Assembly: GCA_051294905.1 (NCBI GenBank)
Contig: CM119372.1
Span: forward strand, 15,564,001-15,628,000
Reading direction: 5' to 3'
From: Botryllus schlosseri
Taxonomy: Eukaryota
DNA: 64,000 bases
Shown: one piece after another, positions 46,095 through 58,200 of the stretch
How positions within the stretch are numbered: the first letter of the stretch is position 1
How the letters are laid out: the number at the start of each line of letters is the position of its first letter
Notes under the pieces: generated by a model
What the model was told of the DNA's origin: nothing
Database searches by the model: none
Seen by the model: only the letters and a program-made list of their open reading frames with translations
Position numbers and translations under genes: made by a program

Positions 46095-47077
46095 TAGGGA
46101 TGGTGTGAACCTCTGAAAGGTTCAGGTTCGTGTGAACGCGAACCTTTTTGAAAGGCTCTGTGTGAACTCGAACGTGAACTTCGTGACGTCATAGTGCTAA
46201 TTCCAACCCTTTCGTTCAATGAAGTGATAGACTATGCCCTCTATTAATGTACATTGTACACGATAGCTAGCGAAGATTCGGCCCACATAATGCCACAATG
46301 CTGAAGTACATATTGGCGTTTTAAACGTCGCTAAAAGTATCAACTGCGGTAATCAAAGGATATAATAATTGCATAAAATCAGTACATTCCGTCGCTTTGC
46401 CAACAATTTCGACGAGGACTTACCAAGGAATATAAGCTTACGCCTTAACGATCCTAGCCAGACCGGTCAATGTGTTTGGAGTTCGAGTATTGCTACATTG
46501 ATATTGAGCAGAGTGTACAATTGGTTTCTATACTCGCTACCGATACCACAAACAACAAGTTATGTAGCAGTAGCAAGCACCTTAATCGCACGGATTTGGT
46601 TTTAATGATACAGTAAAGATATGAAGTCAAGATTGACCCAGTTCGACCGTTAGATTTTTTACATCAGAAGACGATATAAATGTCATCGATTGGTTGAATA
46701 AGCATCATTCGCTGACTATTACGTATATCGATTGCGGTCAAGCTCATAGCAGAGTCACTAAATATGCACAAACGGAAAGCTGGATATTCCGAGAAAATTT
46801 TTGCAACAAAGCAAGTAAAACTTTTAAGGTTGTGAAGGTGCATGGTACATGCTCGTTTAGTGTTGATTTTCTATGCTGCCAGCACCATTCATGGAGTGGC
46901 CCGCAGTTGGAATGCAATAAATTTGAGCCAAAGATCTTATAATGGAGTGAAAATTACAATTTATCAAAAGGTTCACTGTGCAGAACCTACCAAGGTTCTG
47001 TTGTGAACGCGAACCTCTAAATTTCCGAGGTTCACACACAGAACGCGAACGTGAACCTCACGTTCACACCATCCCTA
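46095..47077 (-). mobile_element. hAT-type MITE, TAGGGATGGTGTGAAC family (intact, reverse orientation)
   Basis: TIRs and perfect TSD gtatttat. Confidence 0.92.
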
Positions 47078-47134
47078 GTATTTATTGGGCTCGTCAGGAT
47101 GTCAGAGTCATTTGTTGCGCATAATGAGTAGGTC

Positions 47135-47392
47135 ACCGAGCGAGATAGTGTAATGGTTATGCGTCCGGCTTCTCGAGCGGTAGGTCGTGGGTTCGATCCC
47201 CGGCCGGGTCATACCAAAGACTCAAAAAATGGTATCCGCAGCTATCCTGCTAGGCGCTCAGCAATCACGGACAGCATGGAGGAGAAAAAACGGGGGTGCA
47301 GACTACATGACCTCATGGGGCCGTATCGCAACTCCGTCGCCAAAGCATCTCGATGGTGCAGGCGAGAAAGAATATCCATCTCTCTCTCTCTC
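47135..47392 (+). mobile_element. tRNA-derived SINE (probable Meta-domain SINE), copy 2
   Basis: Near-identical to 26026-26288, with A/B boxes and a (TC)n tail. Confidence 0.85.
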
Positions 47393-49230
47393 ACTAAGCG
47401 TTCGAACACCTGTTTTCGAAATCCGCACGTGGAAAATCAGCCATATGCACGGATATCCAGAGTCATTAGTTCAACGAAATACACAACTCGCGTACCACGA
47501 AGCGCCACAGCACGCTTTTCCGAATTTCCGGTGTTTGGTTTATTTATTATATTTCACGGAACGATACATGCCGCCTTTTGCGCACCAAGCACCTCAGAAT
47601 GCTGTGTTTTTGATTTCCGGTGTCTTTGTTTGTTTATTGTATTTTACGAATCAAGAGCGGGTACTTATACTACTGCGGTTGCTATTTCTAGTCACGACAT
47701 AAAACTGGTATTAAACCGGCACGCTGAACCAACTCAGCACTATGAAGAAAATTAATTGCATAGAATTTGTCTGCCCGTAACTAACATACTTTGTACTTTT
47801 TATTTGATAAATAGATTAGACCAGATAGCCTTGACAGGCCTGCGTCCTTTTGTGTCAAAAAGCTCTCATCACAGATATGTGCCTTATTTTCTGTGAGCAC
47901 TATGTAAATTGCATACACAACATGTTTAGCAGTTTAGCATTGGCGTATATTCACCTTCTCGGAATTTGGTCTCGATATCACAGACTTGTTATAATACGGG
48001 CTAGAATGATTATACTGTGGTATATGGACATTTGGACAATAAACATGTTCGAAGTAACATCTACGGAGGTCATTTACGTGGAAGAATTTCTTCATAATTA
48101 TGTCAATTTTTGAGGGAAATGTGCCAGATAACACGGGAATTTTTTCGTTTACTCAGTATTCTTTCGATATCCGGGCGAACTCGTCCAGCGGGCCGTATAT
48201 TCGACAACACGCAATAGTAAGATTGCTTTCACAACAACTTGCATTTCCATGAAATGTGAAACTCAAGGAAGCTTTTGTGTGCCCCTGTCCAAGAGTTAAC
48301 GGCAACGTGCAATATCAGTTGTGCAACTATTATTGCGACCTTGCGTTTGTTTATTAGATCTTAACACCGTCTCCAGTGCGATAATAGTTTATTATTACTC
48401 CTATCGAAGAGCATAACGCACGAAATATATTTCATATCAGCAAATCGGTTTGTATTGAATCACCAGGATGATGTGTGGGCATTATAGAATGGGGAAATTA
48501 CGGCAACAATGGATTCAGGTTGAGGTATTTGATCAAGGCCTATATATCATATTTCCCTGAACATAATCAAACACTGCATGTGTTTGATCGAAAATTATAT
48601 TGTATAGCGCAATAAAAGTTTATCCATGAATGACAACCATACTGTGTAGTGCATGCCGTGCATGTAAGAGCTCATGTTCTGTGGATATAGCAAACCTGGG
48701 TTTGATTCAATATGGGGTACGATTTCGTTCTTGTAGGTAAGTAGATTCGAAGTTTCATACATTTTATATTAGTTACAGATGTTAAATACACCAACTGTGT
48801 AAAAGTAATACCTGCCATGCTTGCATTGATTGGGTGACAAGCATTTCTTTCGGTGAAATTATGTAGAGGGCTGAACTCGAGTAACAATCCCAGGGAGAGC
48901 AAAGGCCGTTTCATAGACCGGAGAAGTTTAAGTTTAAGTGGAATCGTGTGAGGACGGTGTTGTCACAAATCGTATTCCCACACAGCGATCGGAATAGATC
49001 ATTCAGTCCATTAAATTGTTAACTTCCACGACGAGGACGCGATTGCGACTGACCATGGCCTGTAATTGAAACAGGCCATGGACTGACACAACAAATGAAA
49101 ATCATATTGAAATAATATCCTTCCCCAGCTGTCGGTGTAAATGCTCGCCTACTTTTCTGACCAGATTCAAATTTTACAAATACTAAGATAAATAATTTCT
49201 TCCCACTTTCCACATGACGTTAGTCTAGGT

Positions 49231-50143
49231 CAGTGGTTCTCAACATTTTTGTCTTCGCAGCTCCGTTTTGGACCGTCACGGACCCCTGCGGAACCCCTTA
49301 AGTTTTCGTTCAAAATAAGCTCAATGATCGTGCAACCGTCATCTGTCTTGTGCAATTATTAATTGTAAGCTAGTGATAAACAGCCACAAAATGACTCTTC
49401 TTGAAGATTCGCCTACACTATATGTGAAAATTGGGTAGACTTCTATGATTTCGAAGCGAATGTATCAGCCGTATGTATTGTCTTGGAAATACGCGTGTTC
49501 GATTAGAAATGAACGAGTGCCAAAAATCCATTTCCACAAAGGTGCTGGCGAATGTAATATTAACGCGTAACGCTTCCGACGACAGCTTTTGGTGTGAGTT
49601 TTTTATGAACATATCGCGTCCAGCCTATATACATGTCTATCTAGCATCCCATCTTGAAGTTATTTAGTGGCTATATATCACAGGAGCAAATGGATTGGAG
49701 TTTTCAATTCGTTCATTGGGACAGATCAGTAAAAAATTCAGGAATTTCTATTTCAAACGACTGTTTATCACTTTGCTGAGACTGGCAACTCCAAATCCAA
49801 AATGTTTTGCAAACATTTCGCAGTCACCCATGTTTGACCTTGCTATCTCCAACATTTCATTTTTTTACAAACCCAAACTAAACACCTCTAAACAGGAATG
49901 TGTTTGAATTGCCAGGATATTGACAATTTGACAACTAAAATGAGTTTGCGCAGTTGGGTATTTCGTCTAAGACAACCATTTTAACGATGAGAGTTTTAAA
50001 GCTTTTGCAATTACGAAGCGAAACTGTCTCATGCTTTCCCTGATTAAAAATAAATACAAATTAGGTCATCAAGCATTTAACAACTGTAGAGGTTCCGCGG
50101 ATCCCCTCAAAATGCTTCGCGGACCTCCGGTTGGGAACCACTG
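49231..50143 (+). mobile_element. hAT MITE, CAGTGGTTCTCAAC...GGACCCC family (intact)
   Basis: CAGTGGTTCTCAAC...GTTGGGAACCACTG, perfect TSD gtctaggt. Confidence 0.88.
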
Positions 50144-50651
50144 GTCTAGGTCGTATAATGAATATCAGCTAACCACCCGCCATCCGTCTCTCGCTTATTT
50201 CGGAATCACATAGTTATAATTCAGGTTATAAGCAGAGTCCCCATCACGGTGACCGTGGCTCGCAACCAATAGTTAATATAACATAACGTAAAATTTCAGT
50301 AATCACATGATTATATACCGTATTTATACCGTATTTCGAGATCGAGTGATATGTAAAATCCAAATCACTCCGCATCCCACGCTACACGATTTTTGGAAAT
50401 ATTCGAATGATATAATCCATCATCTTTATGTGTTGAAATGTGATATTCTGCCCATTTTGTTCTTTCTCTAGTGACTGACTGCATTTCCTATTTTAGTGTT
50501 TGAATTCAAGAGAGAAATCGAATTGACATGTCAGTAAATATTTGCAAATTTGCCTCGCCCTGTTCGAAGTAACGATGTCTTTGTTTGTATTGAAACGTTG
50601 TAAGCACTCATGCTTGCCACTGCGACGATGACGTGGATCTACAATTTATAG

Positions 50652-52086
50652 CAGTGGTTCCTAACCCTTTTGGCTTCATCCCCCAATTCTGATTTATTAC
50701 GAGTCTTCATTCCCCACTACCAAAAACTCCTAAATACCCTTTAAAAATGCCCCTCCATAACATTTAGCCAGAAGTTTAGCAGGGAATTGGTATTGTAAAT
50801 CTACACCAGGACGCAAGACAATCGCCTATAACTGCATCATAATACGGTTTTTGAACCGATACCGGCAACTCTCAAAATTTAGCGAACGCGTTATTTCGCG
50901 TCATACTGGTCACGCTGGGTGTGTTTATAACGCCATCATTGGTTATCCTGAGTTAAATAATAAGTTTTTGTGAACAAGAAGCAATATAATTTTCGATACA
51001 CATATTTCAGAGCAGTTAAGTCAGGGGTCGCCAACTCAAAATGGGTCGCGGGCCACTTTTCAAATTTTGTAGCAGCCGCGGGCCGCATGAATTCAGTATC
51101 AATATCAAATAGGAAACCACGTGTCAAAACCCTACGTCAGTACAACACTGTGCTACCTAACATAGGCGATGGGAATTGTGACCACATTAGAAATAATATT
51201 TTATTAAAGGGTAACAAATGCAACAAAAATCACTATCATCAATTTCATTTATTTTGAACTCTGAGCTGTGCATGATACCTGGGAACGTTACTAGCTGAAA
51301 GACCATCTCCACGTAAGCTTGATCTTATGGGGAAGCACTGAGTCAGTGGTTCTCAAACTTTTTTTAGACACGTCCCCCTTACTGAAAAATTTTGCGCGCC
51401 CCGTATCGAAATATCACAAAATGAAACCAGAATGCTAGCAATCCCAACGGATAACTTGATGGCATGGAAGGTTATGACTGTTGGTTAGAGAAATGTATGA
51501 TATGAATTCCGAATTTCACACAGGGCAATAACCATGTATTTGAGGTAAATCACGCGTAGCTCGAAAATTTTTTCAGTTGACCGCAGGTCCGCCCTTCTTC
51601 AGATGCTTTCACGCCCCCAGTTTGAGAACCACTGCCATAGGCCGTTTTTTAGCGTCTCGGTTATGGCAGTGTTTAAGCCTCTGCACGTCAAGGCAATATA
51701 TGCCCATGCTCATTCATATCATCTGATTCTGCCTCAATGGAATGCTGTTGCCATCACCAAAGCCGTTTTAGCCTGTGACAAATAGTGATGCTGGGCACAT
51801 GAAAATAGCTTATTTTGAAACACAACAAAAATATATTGAACCTGTAGTCAATTTCAGCACTTCAAAATGGTTTTCTTAGCTTTCTTCCGAAATCTCAAAT
51901 CATGTCGCGGGCCGCAAAAGATGACCTCGCGGGCCGCGTGTTGGTGACCCCTGAGTTAAGTGGTAACCATAATCGCGCATGTGTATCGGTAAATATGTAG
52001 ACTATCCTGCATATACATCCTGAATCCCGTCTATGGTCTATTCCCCACCTTCAACCACTGAATTCCCCACCGGTTGGGAACCACTG
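50652..52086. mobile_element. hAT MITE (CAGTGGTTCC TIR) containing two further nested MITEs
   Basis: Perfect TSD atttatag. Nested 51022-51953 (CAGGGGTCGCCAAC...GTTGGTGACCCCTG, perfect TSD agttaagt), which contains 51344-51634 (CAGTGGTTCTCAAAC family, also at ~10313-10626). Confidence 0.85.
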
Positions 52087-52284
52087 ATTTATAGTGTCAT
52101 CACATCACTATAGGGCAGATTTTTGTCGCTGTTCTTCTATAGCCGTATCTATATTACTACCGGCCGCTTATCTGTTGCGACTTCTGCTCATAAATTGCTC
52201 CTCATAAGAGTGATATTGTTTGTAGGCCCATATGTAAATGTCAACATGATGATTATTTACATTATATTTCGATCCACTCACCAG

Positions 52285-55200
52285 CTTCGCTGCTTCTTCT
52301 TCATGCCGCACAACCAGCAAATTGCCAAGATCCGGATGTACGAAATTGTGATGATCCAAACGTAAGTTAGGAGCGCATGCAATATTCGCGCACATTACAC
52401 ATAGTTTCCAGTAAAATAAAACTTTACAATCAGAATATATACTTACCGCCAACCGCCACGGATACCACTGGGAGACTCGAAGACCTGCGATCGGAAATGA
52501 CGTCGAAAAGCTTCGTAGCTTACATTGTTCCGTCCGAAGACGAGCATTTGGTGAGACTAGAAATAATTGTCTGCAAAGCATTATTATTCAATCGTGATTT
52601 AATCTCAGAATTAAATTGAATCCTATAAGTTATCCACGGTCCTTCACTAATGTTTATGTATGGGTTAAAAATAATGAGGGTAAATGGCTATAGTTCTGTA
52701 ATGGTAAATTCTACTTCTGCAGCATCAATGAGTTGCAGGTTCGAGTTCGACAGAGTTCGATTCCAGCAACAGTGTTGGAGGGTTGCCTGGGCCGTCCCCG
52801 ACCGATCCACGTGCAGGATGCCTTACAAGAGCCTAGCTCGAAATTGAGTCGTGCTGAGAAAGCATAGGAAATAATTTAGGCCTGAGGTAGATATCCAATT
52901 GATCGTCGATGTCGAACCATCATGAATATTAAACAACGTAAATGCTTGTAATTACTAACTATACCGAAAGAATGGAGTGTTTCTCGCAGGCAGTCAGCCG
53001 TCCGTTCATAACACTGGTCAACACATATTTTTAGGCAGACAACGTAAGAGTGGTTTTGGAGGTTCTGAAGGGCACTGATTCCTAATATGACCTCAGTTTT
53101 TTCAAATTGACTCTTGTTTTCGAGATAACCCATGGGGCTATTTTGATCAACATCTCCCATTTTCGCTGTAATGGCTAGATAGAAAATTGGCTCAGTCGTA
53201 CTATAAAGTTTAGAAATTCAATCTACTTGTTATTTTTACACACAAAAGACCATTTTATATCAAAACACAGCAACAGCACTATATTTCCGGGTATTAGATT
53301 TATCATAGCTATAGACTTTCACGGATATCATGTACATAAATAAACTCTAGTCATGCATCTAAGTATTGTAGTTAGGCTTTTCAATGACGAATTTTATAGC
53401 ACTATGCGTCTATACTCCTCTTTAATCTTGGTAGAATGACCAATTGATACAGGAGAATATGTATTTTCGTAGTGCAAAAGTACAATTTTTAGGCTTGACA
53501 AACTGCTTTTTTGACAAAGAAAAACATTTCGCACCAGGTCATGTTTATATTGATAGGATGACTGAGAACGATATGAGGGTTCTTGATTGTCAATTATCTA
53601 TTTATGAGCAGTATAAAATTAGAAAAAACTACGATTTTCTTCCTATCAAGTGAAATATTCAAGGGTGAATAGTTTAGGCATGGTGTGAACGTGAGGTTCA
53701 CGCTCGCGTTCTGCATATGTACCTCAGAAATTTAGAGGTTCAAGTTCACAAACGAACCTCGGTAGGTTCTACACTGTGAACCTTTTTCCTATATAACTAT
53801 TTTCACGTCATTATAACATTTTAGGTTGAAATTTTTCTGTATTTCAACTGCGCGTCCCTCTATGCGTGGCGCTGGCAGCATAAAAAATCAACACCAAACG
53901 AGCATGTAGGGTTGCATTTAAAACAAATGGTTGTTTGAAATACTTAGTTTAAAACAAAAACATGTTTTAAACAAAGAAAGGCCATTAAAAAAAAATTGTT
54001 ATTTTGAAAGTTGTATAATTACGCCATAATTGTGTAAAAACTTTCAAAAAACATGTTGTATGAGCCTACGGACGGCAATTACCACCCAATATAGCCGACG
54101 TGTACGAAATGGGATGGTTGGAACCCTCGAAATAGTCTGTTAAACAACTAAATATAGATCATTGGTACGGAATGAATGTTGTGATGATGATGACCGTAGC
54201 AAGCGTACGGGGCTCATCTGGATTTCATATGTTTATCGTATCATAAAAACCAAATCCGCGCGATCGGGGTGTTGGCTACTGTATAACTTGTTTATTGGTT
54301 AACATCGGTAGCAAGTATAGAAACCCGTTTTACACTCTGCTCAATGTCAACGCAGCAACACTCAGACGCCGAATACTTGTCCGGTCTGGCCTATACCGTT
54401 CCGGCGTAAGCTGATATTCGCTTGTCCTCGTCGAAATTGTTGAAAAAGCGTCGAAATATATCGATTTCATGGGATTATTATAGCATTTGATTGACCCAGT
54501 TGATACATTTGACGACGTTTAAAAAATCAGTATGCACTTCAGCAGTGCGGCATTATGTGGCCCGAGTAGTCGCTAGGTATGGTAAATTATCACTTCACTG
54601 AAATGAAGCGTTGGAATTGGCAATATGACGTCATGTGACGTCACGAGGTTCACGTTCGCGTTCACAAAGAACCCTTCAAAAAGGTTCGCGTTCACGCGAA
54701 CCTGAACTTTTCAGAGGTTTACACCATCACTTGAATACGGTAATTTTTGGCTTTTTTTAGAAGTACAAATACCTTCTGAACAAGAGCAAATCTGGCACAA
54801 CTAATGTGATATTCGTAATCAGCAACCTCGAAAACCCCGGAAACGGCTCTCAGATGTTCTGCCAACTTTTTTCTTCATTTTGTTGACCAGTGTAATCATT
54901 GCTATCCGAAAAACATTTCAACCTCCGAAGCAGTATGATCGAATACTACAATACGGTTGTTGTGGAAATGCGATTTCGCCTTCAGAAACATATCCTTTCG
55001 ATATTGCTCAGAGTGAATACATCGCAGCAAGAGATAAGAAAAGGGTTTGGATAACCGGATTTAGTGGATCTTCGGGAACAGCCGTCGTAACGCTGACGAA
55101 AGCCGCTGTATGGACTGACGGAAGATACTTTTTGCAAGCAGAGCAGCAGTTGGACTGCAACTGGATACTAATGCGCTCAGGTAAAGCCCAGACTATTTTC

Positions 55201-58200
55201 TGTATTTATACGTTTTGCGGCAGTCAAACTACGAGTATAGCGGAGGCAGCGAAATGACTTCGGTAAAATGTATAGTATTAGTGTCATTTCTTCATCCAAA
55301 GACCTTGCGATCTAAACATTTATCCGGCTATCCATACGCTAATGCCTACGATTTCGTGATTTAAAGCATTCTGTAACTGGGCGATAGCTTTAGAAATTTA
55401 CCATAAGATGTCGCCAGTCAACAGTAGAAATAGGTGATACATATTCCCACCGCATGGAAAGAACTACTTATCGATTACTACTACAAGAGCATTTTAGATT
55501 TCAGGGCTGGGATTGAATAATTCGTTTAACCGATAGCAGACGATATAGATAATAATAAGATCTTGGTTGCTTTTACACCTTGTTCAACGTCCACTTGCAA
55601 AGTAATAATTATATTTAATAATAAAAAATAAAAGTAATAAATATAATTATTACTTTGCAAGTGGACGTTAAATAAAGTGTGAAAGCAACAAAGACCCTAT
55701 GATTATGGCTTGGATTGTGAGCCTTAAAATTCATTACTAATGGCGAACGCCGCAAACTATATTGATGAACGTTGGTGACAGTTATTCCACTTGAAATAGC
55801 GCCAGCTACTCTTACAATACTGGCTCGATTCGTGGGAGGCTTATCTGGGCTCCTTATGCCATATGCCTTTCGTTCTTACGTTGATAAAAAGCCCAGAAAA
55901 ATACCAGGTGAAGGAGGTAGGCCTACTCAAAGAAGCGAATGGGAAGAGCAAGGCAAAGCGCCCGAAGGAGAAAGACAGTCGAATAAAGATTAACATCGAA
56001 CAATTGACATCGGTCACTAGGCCAAAAGTGGATGCCAGGTTAAGAGACGGCAACTGAATGTCTGATAGCCATATCGACGCTATCAGCTCATCCCACTGTG
56101 TCTTGTATATCGCATTGTACATTGTGTGTATCTTCAGCGGGTGAAAACATATGATCTGACGATTATTGCGATTATACTTTAATATTAAAAGCGTAGAGAT
56201 GCGAGGCTAGTTCATATGATATATTCAAATTAATAGAATATTCATATTATTTAATTGTACCTTGAAGTTCGGTACCTCCAAGAATCTTTTCGGATGCGAG
56301 ACTTTTGTTCGTTAATTTTTCGCATGAATTCCGAGCTTTCATAATTCGCTCGATGTAATGCCCATCGCACCTTTACTCCGAAGTAGCCCAACGTTAGCCT
56401 TTAGCGAAGATAAGCGGGTTCTGTGTGTGTGAGTACTCCAAACGTATGTCCTACAGGCGAACCAGGAGTTCCAACTATCGAAGAATGGATAGCGACGGAG
56501 CTCGCGTCCGGCGACGCGGTTGGAGCAAATCCTTTCGTATTTTCAATCGGTGAACTACTTTCCACAGTTTTCTTGTACAGATCTAGATGCATAAACTGTG
56601 AATCGTATGTTTCCAGATTCGTGGCTGTATCAAAGCGAATATCTCGGAAGATCCCAGATCACATTTAATCAGTCTTTTTCTGATATAATTGATCTGATTT
56701 GGGAAGACAGACCTCCTCCTGACGGCGACGAAATAGTTATTTATCCACTCGAATACGCCGGCAAAAGCTTTCCCGTGAGTGGTGGCAATATTCGCAATAA
56801 AACACTCGGCGTTCCCTTGGAGTCATATCAGCACGCGACACAAATGCAGTCCAGGCGTTACGTTAGCACGGGGAAACATCAGCATGACCGCACATACGGG
56901 GAGGAGGACACATGAGCACGTGGTGGTTTACCGTTGGGGCGTCGAACCGGGACTTGATTATTGGCTATTCTCAATCGTTGGGGATATAGAGGCATTTGCT
57001 GGGTTTGGGGTAATGCAGTATATTCACTTGCACAAGTGTCGAATGCCGATGCGCCCGCATCAGACTTGTACAAACTAAACATGACAGTCAACTAACTAAC
57101 AGTTTTTTGAGTAGTTCTAGTTCTAGTTGTAGTTGCGGATTTTGAAAATTGCGTAGTTCTAGTTCTAGTTGTAGTTGCAGATTTTGAAAATTCAGTAGTT
57201 CTAGTTCCAGTTTTAGTTGCGCATTTCAAAAAAATATTAGTTGCCGATCAACTAGAAAACACTCGTGTGTCCTGCGTGATGAGAACTCTCCTCGCGTGAC
57301 AAGTGAGGCTACTGCGGGTTACTGATGTGATCATGACAAAGGATCAATGCTCATTGTTGGATCATAGTTAATACATTGATTATGCCGAGTTTACTGATAA
57401 CTCGGCAAATTTACAACAATCGACAGTCCGCAGCGACACGCGATCTCCCGCTGAGGTTGTTTACTAATTGGAATGTGAACTAGTGATCTACTACTGTGCG
57501 CTGGCGAGTATTATCTCGGAACTAAGCTGTCGCATCTGTTAAACTTACGAGATTTGATTCGTGATGATGATGCCGACCATGCCTGCCCAGGCACAAAGAG
57601 AAGACGATCTGGATTCGCCCAAGGTATCTTTACAAAGGAAATTGCATAAATTGCCTGGGTCGTCTCCTACTGGCTCTCCAACGCACAAGAAACCGAGACT
57701 CTCACTCTTCAACTTTCTACCTCAAAGTCAGTGTCGTCCTCCTGAAGTTAAATCAGGCCCGTCTGAGGTGAAAAAGTATGCCAGGGAACAGTGACTACCC
57801 CGGGTCAGAATGTGCTAAACTGTTGGCGGAATATGACCGACTTGCCAGAATTATGAAACTTGGCGAAATTTTCTTGGGATGACTGCGACATCTGCGCCAA
57901 GTGGAAGGGGCTTTCTCGCATGCTGGGATTTTGTATTCCCCAAAGAGGGCAAAATTCGAAGAAAAAACATTTTCGCGACTCATGTTGATTCGCTGCAATC
58001 AGCAACATCTGCAGAAAATGGTTAAGTTTATCCTGTACTGATTACAGTATAGTTCTGTCTGTCTGATTTTTCAGTTATTTCTCTGTACCGACGCTCATGT
58101 AGAAAGCTGGAACGCCGAATTCGAATAAAATAAAAATGAATGAGCTGATTGAGAATTAAATTTAGTTAGTTGTGTTTTAGTTAGTTAGTTGCCGATATTT

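Noticed and set aside
47153..47755. 200-aa and 171-aa overlapping ORFs
   Set aside because: They start inside the SINE and run through its (CT)n tail; the sister SINE copy does not keep the frame.
55740..56060. Possible RTE-type LINE 3' remnant (basic stretch resembling GKRxxGRP)
   Set aside because: Resemblance too weak by eye, with no RT motif or tail; needs BLASTX to call.
56760..56763. GC-AG donor after YAG in XPNPEP2
   Set aside because: A canonical GTGAGT donor at 56775 gives the correct phase and length (GKSFP|DKV).
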